Assembly (NCBI GenBank): GCA_963663275.1
Contig: OY760183.1
Location: 2,624,001-2,688,000, forward strand
Direction of reading: 5' to 3'
DNA: 64,000 nucleotides
Origin: Chloroflexota bacterium
Lineage (GTDB): Bacteria > Chloroflexota > UBA11872 > VXOZ01
In this document: positions 38,597 through 48,423 of the stretch, piece by piece
Layout: every line of letters starts with the position of its first letter
How positions within the stretch are numbered: the stretch's first letter is position 1
The notes under the pieces: generated by a model
Databases searched by the model: none
Told to the model about the DNA's origin: nothing
What the model saw: only the letters and a program-made list of their open reading frames with translations
Position numbers and translations under genes: made by a program

Positions 38597-41500
38597 GTGG
38601 CGTGGCCAGGCAGGCTGTTTCTTTGCGTCCACTTGGCACTTGCGCTGCTGCTTGCGCCTTTCCTGTCTCCCCAGGCCGCCCGGTCCGACGGAAGTGTTGT
38701 TATCAACGAGATCTTCCCGGACGCCGGCGGCAACACTGGCTGGATTGAAATCTACAACAAGAGCGACGATCCCGTTGACATATTCTTCTGGAAATTAGCC
38801 ACCGACAACGCTTCACTTGAATACATAATCTATGATTCCACCATAGCCGCGGGCGCATTTCTGGCATTCGACACCTCAGATCAAGGTCTCTTGATCCCAC
38901 TGAGCGGAACTGTCCGCCTATTTGATCTTGGCGCGGAAGTTGATTGGGCAGATTACAACATCGAAGAACCCGGCGTGGCGATGGCGCTAATGCCTGACGG
39001 CTCCGATAACTGGGTAGTTGTGACCACGACCACGAAAGACGCGGCAAATCCGACTCCAACGCCTACCCCGGCGCCGACGCCAGTTCCTCCCTCGCCGACT
39101 CCATCACCCATTTCCCCCTCACCGACACCCACGCCGGAACCGTTGCAGTGCTCCACCGACTCCGGCGCCTCCATCTTCATCAACGAGATCTTTCGCGACC
39201 CCGCCGCCGGATGGATAGAGCTATACAACTCAAACCCTAATACCGCTATCGATTTGACCTGCTGGACGCTCGACAACGGCAGCGGATCGGGCAGCAGGTA
39301 CTATCGCTTGCCGTCCGGTACACGTATCGACCCCGGCGGATTCCTCGTCTTCGACCAGAGCGTGACACTTATCCCCATTCAATCCGCCGGCACGCTCCGT
39401 CTCGTCGACGATGGAGGGACACCTGTAGCGCAGGCCACTTATACGCTTCCTGAAAACGGCACGGCCTATGCCCGGGTCCCTGATGGAGCGTCAGTATGGG
39501 CAGTCCTGTCAACACCGACCAAGCGAGCGGCAAATCCAACCCCAACACCCACGCCATCCCCCACACCCCCGCCTACTCCTTCACCAATACCATCACCCAT
39601 ACCGTCGCCTACACCATCTCCCTCTCCTTCTCCCACGCTATCTCCTACACCCTCGCCCTCGCAATCTCCGACACCGTCTCTTGCGCCTTCACCTACACCC
39701 ACGCCTCTGCCGCCCGAATGCTCTCGCGATTTGGGAGACTCAATTGCAATCAACGAGGTTTTTCCCCGGATTTCGAGAGGTGAATCCCAAGAAGATCCCG
39801 GATATGTAGAACTGCACAATTCTGCCGCAAATTCCGTGGATTTGACCTGCTGGACTCTCGACAATGGAGACATTACGGGAACGATCTTGTATCGCTTTCC
39901 GGTCGGAACGTCCATCGCTTCCGGTGGATTCGCGGTTTTCGATAGAAGCGCTACCCTCATCCAGATTCAGACCAGCGGGACGATTCGTCTCCTCGATCCT
40001 CACCTCGCGCCAAAGGGAGTTGTCGAATACGAGACTGACGCCGGCGTGGGATATGGCCGCATACCGGACGGCACCGGCGCATGGAGGTCCGTAACCACTC
40101 CGACAAAGGGATTGTCGAACGAGACTCCAACTCCCACGCCGAGATCGCAGGCGGCCCAGAGTGCCGCGCAGAGACCGCCTGGACCCGCGTCCACACCCAC
40201 GCCGAAACCGCCGTTGCCGCGGTCGCTGCGCATCACGGAAATCTACTACGACGGCCAAGCGCCGCGCACCGAGGGGGACGAATTCATCGAGATTCAGAAC
40301 TACGGCGCGGAGGCGGCGCGGCTCGGCCGGGTGCGCATCGTGATCCAGAGCGCAACCGCCCGCGGCCCGGTGGCGTACGGCTTTCCCGCCAAAACCACGC
40401 TCTTGCCTGACGAGGTTCTCGTCGTTGCCAAGAACGCCGGCCAGTTCTCCGACCGTTTTGACTCAGAGCCGGATTTCGAGGCCCGCTCGTCCGGGTCCGG
40501 CTACGCCAATACGGCGGCGGTGAAGGACCTCACCCACGTCCGCGCCGTTTCGCGCCGCTCCTGGGCGCTTGCCAACACGGGCGCGACCGTGGCCCTGATC
40601 GGCGACGACGGCACGGTGCTGGACGCCGTGGCCTACAACCACGATCCGGAAGGCCGCCTGGGCTTGCGCGGAGAGTTTCCGTCGGCGGCGGACGGCCAGT
40701 CGCTGCGGCGCGCCTTAGGCCGGACGGCCGGCCAACTCACGCCCTCCGCCCTGCAAGCGGACACGCCGTCGCCTGGGGAAATTCCGCCGCCGCCCACGCC
40801 CACGCCGCGGCCAACTCCCGCGCCCACACCGTCGCCAGCGCCTTCGCCTTCGCCCACGCCAATTCCGTCACCGACGGCAGCACCGTCACCCGTACCTTCG
40901 CCTTCACCTTCTCCAGCGCCAACACCCACCGCAATCCCGCCGACCGCGACACCGCGCCCCACACCAACGCCCTTGCCCTCGCCCACGCCGCTTCCCACCG
41001 CCGTCATTCCCACACCGCCGCCGCCTACCCCGACGGTTACGGCACTGCAATGCGTTACCGGCATTCTCCCGCAAGAGCCGCCCCGGCGCGTGCGCGTGAC
41101 CGGCAGCGTGACGGAAGTGCGCCGCCTTGCGGATGAGACCCTGGTCTTCATTGCCGACGCCTGCGGCGGGGCGATTCTCCACTTGGACGCCAACGCCAAG
41201 CCCCCGCCGGTCCACAGCCGCCTGCGCTTCACCGCGCTCGGCGCCCGCAACGGCACGCAAATAGACCTCTACCTGGACTCCGGCGCAATGCTCGAACGCC
41301 TGCCCGCGTCCCCGCTGCCGCCGGCAATGCCGTTGGCGGCGGCTATTTCCCAACGCGCCCCCACCGGCACGCGGGTATACACACAGGGCGTCATCGCGCA
41401 GGAGCGCGACGGGGCGGGAAACACGCGCTTGCGGGCAGCGCCGGGCAACGTGCTGCTGGACCCCCGCGCGCCGGCCGCGGTGACCGGAGACGTGGTCTTC

Positions 41501-41722
41501 TACGGCATCATCGAGTGGCGCGCGGCGGGGCCGATCCTGCGCGCGCACTACGTCGCCCCGGCCAAGCCGCAGGGCGCCGCATCCACGCCATCCCTGATGG
41601 ATGGCAGGCTGGTTGGCGCGGTCGTCCGGCACGCGCGCGACGCGGTGCGCTACCTGCTCATGCGCGCGGCAACACGCGGCCGGGCAAACTATCTCACGCT
41701 AGAGATAGAAGAAGCCCACTGA
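38597..41722 (+). CDS. Secreted protein with four lamin-tail (LTD) domains, Pro/Thr/Ser linkers and a possible C-terminal OB-fold region
   Basis: Signal peptide; four (I)NEI/TEI...W/FIEI/L.N domains with ARxPDG..W ends; PTPSP linkers; VRVTGSVT motif. Confidence 0.82.
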   Translation: MAWPGRLFLCVHLALALLLAPFLSPQAARSDGSVVINEIFPDAGGNTGWIEIYNKSDDPVDIFFWKLATDNASLEYIIYDSTIAAGAFLAFDTSDQGLLIPLSGTVRLFDLGAEVDWADYNIEEPGVAMALMPDGSDNWVVVTTTTKDAANPTPTPTPAPTPVPPSPTPSPISPSPTPTPEPLQCSTDSGASIFINEIFRDPAAGWIELYNSNPNTAIDLTCWTLDNGSGSGSRYYRLPSGTRIDPGGFLVFDQSVTLIPIQSAGTLRLVDDGGTPVAQATYTLPENGTAYARVPDGASVWAVLSTPTKRAANPTPTPTPSPTPPPTPSPIPSPIPSPTPSPSPSPTLSPTPSPSQSPTPSLAPSPTPTPLPPECSRDLGDSIAINEVFPRISRGESQEDPGYVELHNSAANSVDLTCWTLDNGDITGTILYRFPVGTSIASGGFAVFDRSATLIQIQTSGTIRLLDPHLAPKGVVEYETDAGVGYGRIPDGTGAWRSVTTPTKGLSNETPTPTPRSQAAQSAAQRPPGPASTPTPKPPLPRSLRITEIYYDGQAPRTEGDEFIEIQNYGAEAARLGRVRIVIQSATARGPVAYGFPAKTTLLPDEVLVVAKNAGQFSDRFDSEPDFEARSSGSGYANTAAVKDLTHVRAVSRRSWALANTGATVALIGDDGTVLDAVAYNHDPEGRLGLRGEFPSAADGQSLRRALGRTAGQLTPSALQADTPSPGEIPPPPTPTPRPTPAPTPSPAPSPSPTPIPSPTAAPSPVPSPSPSPAPTPTAIPPTATPRPTPTPLPSPTPLPTAVIPTPPPPTPTVTALQCVTGILPQEPPRRVRVTGSVTEVRRLADETLVFIADACGGAILHLDANAKPPPVHSRLRFTALGARNGTQIDLYLDSGAMLERLPASPLPPAMPLAAAISQRAPTGTRVYTQGVIAQERDGAGNTRLRAAPGNVLLDPRAPAAVTGDVVFYGIIEWRAAGPILRAHYVAPAKPQGAASTPSLMDGRLVGAVVRHARDAVRYLLMRAATRGRANYLTLEIEEAH

Positions 41723-41740
41723 GGAAACCCTTGCATAGTT

Positions 41741-41769
41741 CCGTCATTCCGGCGAAAGCCGGAATCCAG
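41741..41769. repeat. REP-like family F copy
   Basis: CCGTCATTCCGGCGAAAGCCGGAATCCAG. Confidence 0.75.
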
Positions 41770-41837
41770 GGTGATTTTCACGTAATATTAGCATGAAGTC
41801 AATTCATCTCATCCCCATCCCAACCTTCCGCCTCAAT

Positions 41838-42003
41838 GGGCTGGTAGGGGTAAATGAATGTCATTCCGAGCGGAGCGTCGAACAGGGTTCGCGGAATCTA
41901 GAATCGACACTCTTGCAGTGAAAACCTTAGATTCCTCTCTCCGCTGCGCTCCGTTCGGAATGACATGTGAAGTCGCTTAGAGAGTACATCCCCCTGTCAG
42001 CCC
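41838..42003. mobile_element. MITE-like element, copy 3 (inverted relative to copies 1 and 2)
   Basis: TIRs GGGCTGGTAGGGG / CCCCTGTCAGCCC; its reverse complement closely matches copy 1 including the internal loop; flanks TCAAT/TCGAC. Confidence 0.72.
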
Positions 42004-42094
42004 TCGACGGGCAAGGGGTAATGCAAAGGTCTCCTGAGGATAATGGCTGTGGCACGCCGCAGGGATTCCGGCAACGCGCAAACTAGCGCCGCCG

Positions 42095-42859
42095 CTAGCC
42101 GTCAAGAGCAAGCAGCCGCCTGGCGTTGCCGCTTGCGATCGCCTCTTTGTCCGCCGCCGCAATCTCCGCCTGGGCCAGCTTGGCGATGCCGCACGCGGGA
42201 TACTGCAAGGGCATGCCCACGCCGAGCAAGACGCGGTTTATGTCAACGCGAGAGGCCAATTGCGCAATCGCGCCCAGTCCTTGCAGGCACGAGGTCTCGA
42301 ACCAGGCGTTGGGGTAGGCGTTCAGCAAGCGAATGCCGTGCCACGTCTCCGCGCCGTAGTTCAGGCCGTGCAAGACGAACTGCACGCCCGGGTACTGCCC
42401 CAGCAGGCCCTCGAACGCCTCTACCGAAGCCACCGGAAAAGACCAGTCCATAATAGCGCGCATCACCAGCGTCACCACCAGGCCGTGTTCCTGGGCCGCG
42501 GCGCAGAGCGGTTCGAGGTGCTGCGGCAGGGTGTTGTGGTGGTGGCTGGGATAGCAGCGCACGCCCCGCGCGCCGGCGGCCGCATACGCGCCCAGCAATT
42601 CGTCCGTACCGGAATGCGTGCTGTCGATGGTGACAAAGGGGATGAGCCGGCCGCCGGACTCCGCGGCCGCGTCCAGGACTTCCGCGTTGCCCAGCCGCCA
42701 GTCGCTCTCCAGCGCCCGGGTGGAACCCACCGCCGCGCGCTCAATGCCATGCGCGTCCATGAGCGCCATCACGTCGGCCGCCGTGCGCTGCTTGAGCGGC
42801 CAGTAGCCCCACGCGCCCACGAAACCGGAAAAGTCCCAGACCGTCATCGTGTTCGCCAT
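42095..42859 (-). CDS. Amidohydrolase-family protein (Amidohydro_2), lacking the N-terminal HxH
   Basis: MDAHGIERA, GNAEV, GARGVRCYP, NAWFETS and RVLLGVGMP motifs. Confidence 0.78.
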   Translation of the reverse strand: MANTMTVWDFSGFVGAWGYWPLKQRTAADVMALMDAHGIERAAVGSTRALESDWRLGNAEVLDAAAESGGRLIPFVTIDSTHSGTDELLGAYAAAGARGVRCYPSHHHNTLPQHLEPLCAAAQEHGLVVTLVMRAIMDWSFPVASVEAFEGLLGQYPGVQFVLHGLNYGAETWHGIRLLNAYPNAWFETSCLQGLGAIAQLASRVDINRVLLGVGMPLQYPACGIAKLAQAEIAAADKEAIASGNARRLLALDG

Positions 42860-42869
42860 TCTCCCCGTG

Positions 42870-43607
42870 CTACGAACCCAGCGCCAGCAGGCGCGCCATG
42901 TTGCCGCCAAATATCAGGTCTTTGTCCGCCTGGCTGATGGCGGCGCCGCTCACCCGCGCCATCTGCACGCTCACCTCCAGCAGCGGCATGTCCGTGCCGA
43001 AGATGATGCGCTCCGGGCCGATGCGTTCGATGGTGTACTCCAGCGAGCCGTTGTTGACCGCGCTGCTGGCGGTTTCCAGCAGGAGCGACGGATGGCGCTC
43101 GGCGGCCTGCACGGCGCGCATCCAATCGCCCCGCGCCAGTGCCGTATTGCCCGAATGCGCCATCATCAGAAACGCTTCCGGCACGGCGGCGGCCATCACC
43201 TCGCACTCCTCCCCCGTAGAGTGCGCCAGTATCGGCATGCGGTGCGAGGCCGCCCGTTCCAGCACCGGAAACACCGACGGGCGCACCAAAGGCAACTGGG
43301 GGTACGAGTAGATCTTGATGCCCCTCATGCCGTACTCGTGCACGCAGCGGTCGATTTCGTCCAGCGCGCCGTTGTCGAAGTTCATCGTGGGGATGCTAAC
43401 GTACCCCAGAATCCGATCCGGATGGCGGCGTATGGACTTGCCCAGGGTGTCGTTGCCCTCGCGCATGTCGTGGATCAACGCCGTGAAGTCGGTTACGAAC
43501 AGCTTGTCGATGCCGTTCGCGTCCGCAATCCGCAGCAGGTCGTCGATGGTGGCGCTGAAGTTGTAGGCGGTGGAAACGCCCACGTGCACGTGGGAGTCGA
43601 TTATCAT
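42870..43607 (-). CDS. Amidohydrolase-family protein (Amidohydro_2)
   Basis: IIDSHVH, GMRGIKI, ILAH, MAHSG and IIFGTDMP motifs. Confidence 0.88.
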   Translation of the reverse strand: MIIDSHVHVGVSTAYNFSATIDDLLRIADANGIDKLFVTDFTALIHDMREGNDTLGKSIRRHPDRILGYVSIPTMNFDNGALDEIDRCVHEYGMRGIKIYSYPQLPLVRPSVFPVLERAASHRMPILAHSTGEECEVMAAAVPEAFLMMAHSGNTALARGDWMRAVQAAERHPSLLLETASSAVNNGSLEYTIERIGPERIIFGTDMPLLEVSVQMARVSGAAISQADKDLIFGGNMARLLALGS

Positions 43608-43785
43608 CGCGGCTTTCTCCTTGCCGCACAGGCTAGCAGAGCATGGCCCGTTGCGCAATCTCGACCGCTCCGGCAATTCCGGTATACTAGGGTGCAGTTT
43701 CAGGAATCAATGGGCAGCGAAACCTCCGAGCGCCCATGGCGGCCCCGCGAGCGTTTGGCAAGCAAGAGAGAAAGGTGTGTGCATC

Positions 43786-44604
43786 ATGAAGAAAGCGGTC
43801 TGCGGCAACTGTTTCGGCAACGACGTGCCTCTGGTCGAGGCGATGAGCATGGCGAAAGCGGCCGGATTCGAGGGCATCGAACCGAGCCTGACCTTGGACG
43901 GGGCGATCACTACGACTTCATCCGAGGACGACCTCAAGCGCCTGCGCGACCACGCGGATAAGTCTGTGGAAATCCACGGCCTGATGGGCGGCCAGCCGAT
44001 CCGGAGCGCGCCGCTGACGACTCTCGACGACGACCAACTGAATCAGGGGGTTGAAAACATCGCGAGCGCCTTGCGCGTGGTAAAGACTCTCGGCGGCACC
44101 AGCCTCTTGGTCGTGCCGGGCACGGTCAGCGAGAGCGTGCGCTATGACGTGGCCTATGAAGGCACGTTGGAAGGCTTGAAGCGCGTCGCGCCCATCGCGG
44201 AAGACCTCCGAATCCACGTGGCGGTGGAAAACGTGTGGAATAAGTTCCTGCTCTCGCCGGTGGAGATGCGCAACATGCTCGACGAGGTGAACAGCCCGTA
44301 CGTGGGGTGCTACTTCGACGTGGGGAACTTCCTCGGCTGGGCCATCCCGCAGCACTGGATCGAGATCCTTGGCAGCCGCATCAAGAAGGTGCACGTGAAA
44401 GACTTCAAGGTGGACGTGGGCAACTGGCACGGCTTTGTGACGCTGCTGCAAGGCGACGTGGACTGGAAAGCGGTGCGCGGCTCTTTGCGTACGGTTGGGT
44501 ATGATAGCTACCTCTCCGCCGAAATCCCGCTGCACGACGTCTTTCCTGAAAAGAGCCTGCGGGACATCAGCACCAGCTTGGATACCATCATCGCCAGCGC
44601 GTAG
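43786..44604 (+). CDS. Sugar phosphate isomerase/epimerase (hexulose/L-ribulose-5-phosphate epimerase-like)
   Basis: AGFEGIE, LVVPG, VENVWNKFLLSP, YFDVGN, VHVKDF and GDVDW motifs. Confidence 0.88.
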   Translation: MKKAVCGNCFGNDVPLVEAMSMAKAAGFEGIEPSLTLDGAITTTSSEDDLKRLRDHADKSVEIHGLMGGQPIRSAPLTTLDDDQLNQGVENIASALRVVKTLGGTSLLVVPGTVSESVRYDVAYEGTLEGLKRVAPIAEDLRIHVAVENVWNKFLLSPVEMRNMLDEVNSPYVGCYFDVGNFLGWAIPQHWIEILGSRIKKVHVKDFKVDVGNWHGFVTLLQGDVDWKAVRGSLRTVGYDSYLSAEIPLHDVFPEKSLRDISTSLDTIIASA

Positions 44605-44747
44605 AGGGTACCCGCGGGCGTACAGCGATAGAGACACTACGCGCCGGTGCTGCTTGGAAGGGCGGAATCGTGAAGGGTATCGACCACTTGCAGCGAACGA
44701 GTAATCGCTGCCGCGTAAGTGGTCTCTTGCGGCAGCGCCAGTGATAG

Positions 44748-45125
44748 CTAGCGGCTAGCGCCGTCCAGCTTTTCTACGAGCGCCTGCACGCGTTGAATGC
44801 CGTCCTGCACGAACTCGTCCGGCTGCCAATCCTCATAGAAGTTCTGGTGCAAAGAACTCGCATCTTTGAAGAGTGTAAGAAACTCCGGATCAGCCGCTTC
44901 GCGTGAGATGCGACCGACGACGTGGAAGAGCCGCGCGTGGGAGTTGTGCCGCCATCCTCGCTGCTCGGCGGCCGCCTTCACCGCGTGGGCGGCCGCCCCC
45001 CACGCCTTCTCCGACGCCTGGAGCCGGTCGCCGTTATCAAACTCTTCCTGCGCCTGGCGGATGAGCCGCCGGCTGAGAGCCGTGTACTTTGCCGCGTTGC
45101 CGTTGCGTCTGTCATCCGCGAGCAC
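44748..45125 (-). CDS. PaREP1/HEPN-like protein
   Basis: AQEEF..GDRLQASEKAWGAAA and LHQNFYE motifs. Confidence 0.82.
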   Translation of the reverse strand: MLADDRRNGNAAKYTALSRRLIRQAQEEFDNGDRLQASEKAWGAAAHAVKAAAEQRGWRHNSHARLFHVVGRISREAADPEFLTLFKDASSLHQNFYEDWQPDEFVQDGIQRVQALVEKLDGASR

Positions 45126-45326
45126 GTGCGTTCACCTTTCCACACTATGTTGACCTGGAATCGACCGTCATCGCCACATTCCACGTGCGGCAAGCGCCGT
45201 AGCGAAACGCTTCCACCCGCCCGCCGCATGGATGCCGGGCACGCCTGCGTCAGACGGTATGCTTAGAGTATACCGCACGACCGGAAGTGGTGGGGCATTT
45301 CGCCGTGGTCAGCCGGGAACCAGTCG

Positions 45327-45689
45327 CTACTGCGCCCGGATCACGTTACCATCCGGGTCGAGTTCCACCAGGCGAAACGCCCGGCCTTCGCGGTACGCTT
45401 GGCACTGGTTCTCCGGCTCATCGTCCACCGGTTGGCGGGGAGCGTGCACGATGTCGGCCACCCAACCGTCCATCAGGTTCTCCGACAGGCACGGCCCGGC
45501 GGAGAAATCCATGCCCTCCGCCTTCTTCCGCGCATAGACTTCCTGAGCCAGGGCAATGGCGCGCTCCCGTTCCTCCACCACGTCCGCGCCGGTATTCGCC
45601 AGGCGCACGAGCACCACGATGAAGAGAATCACCAGCAGAAAAGCCACGGCGAGCGGCAGCACGCGGTAACGGACTATGTTGCCTATCAC
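45327..45689 (-). CDS. Membrane-anchored hypothetical protein (120 aa, two Cys)
   Basis: GTG at 45689 overlapping the sulfatase stop; one TM helix, then GMDFSAGPCLS...WVADIVHAPRQ..D.PENQC..YREG...VELDPDG. Confidence 0.7.
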   Translation of the reverse strand: MIGNIVRYRVLPLAVAFLLVILFIVVLVRLANTGADVVEERERAIALAQEVYARKKAEGMDFSAGPCLSENLMDGWVADIVHAPRQPVDDEPENQCQAYREGRAFRLVELDPDGNVIRAQ

Positions 45690-47236
45690 GCGTCCGCCCC
45701 GCCTGCGAGCCGGTAGTTGCGCAACTGCTCGCGCTGGCGGACATCCACGGGGTAGTTCTGCTTCCACCGCGCGTATTGCCAGCCCCGGCCCACTCGTTCC
45801 TTGTTCTCGAATTCATCCAGGCGGAGCCAGGCGTGGGTCGGCTGTGGAAAGAGCGCCCAATCGTCGCCGTCCAGCGGGTCGGTATAACCGGCCGCGCGGA
45901 AGTGGCTGAAGAGGGCCTCCTTCAGTTCCCGCTTCACACCGGCAAGACCCGGCTCATGGGCGTGATTCACCAACTCGTTGCCGCCGTCACGGTAGTTGAG
46001 CAGAATCTCCATGCGGTCCGGCGCGCAGTAGATGTACTTCCACTCCGCGTTCATAGCGCAGTACATGCCCAGATCCTTCTCTTTGATCTGTCCGAAGAGA
46101 TAGGGCCTGCCAGGCGAGCCTTCGTCGCTGGCCGCGTCGAGCAGCGGCATGCCGTCGAATTCAGGCTCCTGGGGCGCCAAGCCCGCGGCGGCCAGCAGCG
46201 TCGGCGTCACGTCCTGCAAACCCACGAGGTGCTCGCGCGCAACGCCCTGCGGCAACGCGCCCGGCCAAGAGAGAATGTACGGAATGTGGCACGCCGGCTC
46301 GTGGTAGTTGCGCTTGCCGAACGCATAGTGATCGCCGAGGAACTCGCCGTGGTCGGCAACGAACATGATGAGGGTGTTTTCGCGCTGCCCCGTTGCCTCC
46401 AGCGCCTCGAGGATTTCACCGACCCAGCTATCCACGAACGAAACGCAGGAGAAGTAGTACGCCTTCATCGAGCGCAGCAGGTTATCGTCCGGGAAGAGGT
46501 CCATCCACTTGCTGCGGTTCTGGCTGCGTTGAAACCAGGTATGCCACGCCGTTTCACGCTCGCCGCGTACCGGCAGCGGCATGTCCGTGCTCCGGTAGAG
46601 GCGGTGCCAGGGCGCCGGCGGATCGAACGGCGGATGCGGTTTGATGAACGACGTCCAGCAGAAGAACGGCGCGTTCTCGCCGGCGCGCTCTTCTATCAAT
46701 TCGATGGTCTTCCGCGCCGTCCAGGCCGTCGTGTGCAGATTTTCCGGCAGTTGCGAAATCTGGGGAATGTAGTAGAGTTCGTGCCTGACGCCGTGGGGTT
46801 CTTCCACGTGGCCGTAGCCGGCCGCCAGCACGTCTTGCAGGAACTCGTCGTTTTCCACCTGGCGGGGCACTTCCTCGCTGAGCCACATGCGGTCGAAACC
46901 GTGGCGCTCGCGCACCGGCGTGAAGTGCATCTTGCCGACCGCTTGCGTAAAGTACCCCGCCGCGCGCAGCCGGGACATCACCGTGGGATGATCTGCGGGC
47001 AGGGCGTAGCCGTTGTCGAAGATGCCGGTGCGGTGCGGCAGTTGGCCGGTCATGCAGACGGCGCGCGCCGAGACGCAGACCGGCGATTCCGTATAGCCGT
47101 AGGCAAAGCGCACGCCCTCGGCGCAGAGACGATCGAGATTGGGCGTCTGTATGTGCTCGTTACCGGCGGCGCCCAGCGCGTCGAAGCGCAGTTGGTCGCA
47201 CATGATGAGCAGCAGATTCGGTCGCGCTTTGGACAT
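45686..47236 (-). CDS. Formylglycine-type sulfatase (arylsulfatase/choline-sulfatase-like)
   Basis: PNLLLIMCDQ, CVSAR...TG, GKMH, KPHPP and ADHGE motifs. Confidence 0.92.
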   Translation of the reverse strand: MSKARPNLLLIMCDQLRFDALGAAGNEHIQTPNLDRLCAEGVRFAYGYTESPVCVSARAVCMTGQLPHRTGIFDNGYALPADHPTVMSRLRAAGYFTQAVGKMHFTPVRERHGFDRMWLSEEVPRQVENDEFLQDVLAAGYGHVEEPHGVRHELYYIPQISQLPENLHTTAWTARKTIELIEERAGENAPFFCWTSFIKPHPPFDPPAPWHRLYRSTDMPLPVRGERETAWHTWFQRSQNRSKWMDLFPDDNLLRSMKAYYFSCVSFVDSWVGEILEALEATGQRENTLIMFVADHGEFLGDHYAFGKRNYHEPACHIPYILSWPGALPQGVAREHLVGLQDVTPTLLAAAGLAPQEPEFDGMPLLDAASDEGSPGRPYLFGQIKEKDLGMYCAMNAEWKYIYCAPDRMEILLNYRDGGNELVNHAHEPGLAGVKRELKEALFSHFRAAGYTDPLDGDDWALFPQPTHAWLRLDEFENKERVGRGWQYARWKQNYPVDVRQREQLRNYRLAGGADA

Positions 47237-47874
47237 AGCCTGCCCCTTTCCAGGGTCGAGTCCCATAGAATACCAAGAATTGCCGCAGCAGCGCATTCAT
47301 AGCCCCAGCGCCATGCCAGACTCTCCCGCGACCTTATGGGGCGGTTTTCCAGGTGGAGCGGTCCCGGTTGCCGGACGACATTGGCGGCAGCGAGTTGCCA
47401 GGCGGCGGAAAACTGTGTTAATTTACGTGGCGTTGCCCATGCGCGCGCCGCGAAGGCCTTCTGGGCTTAGGCCAAGAACGGTCCTCGCAGCCGTGAATGA
47501 GCGCGCTTGCAGAGATATTGTAACGGGTTCGCGCCCGCGCGATAAAGCGGCGACAGCGTTGCGCGTCTCGCTTGCATCTTGCGGGGGCATCGGTATAATA
47601 GACCAAGATGCACGAGAAGGAGTGCGCACGTTCCACCAGGCGGTGCGGCCCAGTTGCATGAGACGCACGCTAGACAATCGAGAAAGCACTATTTCGTGAC
47701 AGACCGGACATACCAGAGACGGCCAACCAACGATAACCCTGGCGCCACGCCAGGGAGTTTAGTGTCCATGACCGCCCCGCAGGCGCGCATACGAACGGTT
47801 GCCTCGCACTCTTCATCCGCTGAGTTGGGGCGCGCCGCCCCGTCACGCCTTTCTCGTTTCCAAGGAGACCGGGC

Positions 47875-48414
47875 ATGACTTCTCACGCGCTGCGCATTAC
47901 AATAGGCGCTCTGGTTGTCGTCGTGGGCCTCCTCGTCATTGGCGCCGTTTCCTGGATTAGCCTCGCCTCGGAGGGTCCGGAGCAGCCAATAGAGTTCATG
48001 CACACGGTGCACGTGGAGCAGAACGACATCGATTGCGTGTTCTGCCACCGCAACGTGGAGACCGGCGCGGAGGCCACTATCCCGGCAATCGAGCAGTGCA
48101 TGATGTGCCATCAGGTAGTTAACGGCGAAAACCCGATGGTAACGAACCCGCTGCACATTGCCGAAATCGGGAAACTGCAAGCGCATTGGGAGAACAAAGA
48201 GCCGATCGACTGGGTGCGCGTGCACGTCATGCCGGACCATGTGCGTTTCGTCCACGCCGCCCACATCAAAGCGGGATTTGATTGCGCCACGTGTCACGGT
48301 GACGTGGGCTCGATGGAACGGGTGAAGCAGGTGCGCTCGCTCAACATGGGCGACTGCGTGGCCTGCCACCGCGAAAACAACGCGCCCACCGACTGCACGA
48401 TCTGTCACCGCTAG
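47875..48414 (+). CDS. actA: Alternative complex III pentaheme cytochrome c
   Basis: N-terminal TM helix, PEQPIEF.H..H and five CxxCH motifs. Confidence 0.9.
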   Translation: MTSHALRITIGALVVVVGLLVIGAVSWISLASEGPEQPIEFMHTVHVEQNDIDCVFCHRNVETGAEATIPAIEQCMMCHQVVNGENPMVTNPLHIAEIGKLQAHWENKEPIDWVRVHVMPDHVRFVHAAHIKAGFDCATCHGDVGSMERVKQVRSLNMGDCVACHRENNAPTDCTICHR

Positions 48415-48423
48415 AGGAGAGTC

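Noticed and set aside
47240-47874. Riboswitch or Rex/Fnr sites in the long act upstream region
   Set aside because: Only weak partial palindromes and a TATAAT at 47594 with a 16-bp spacer; not enough to support a call.
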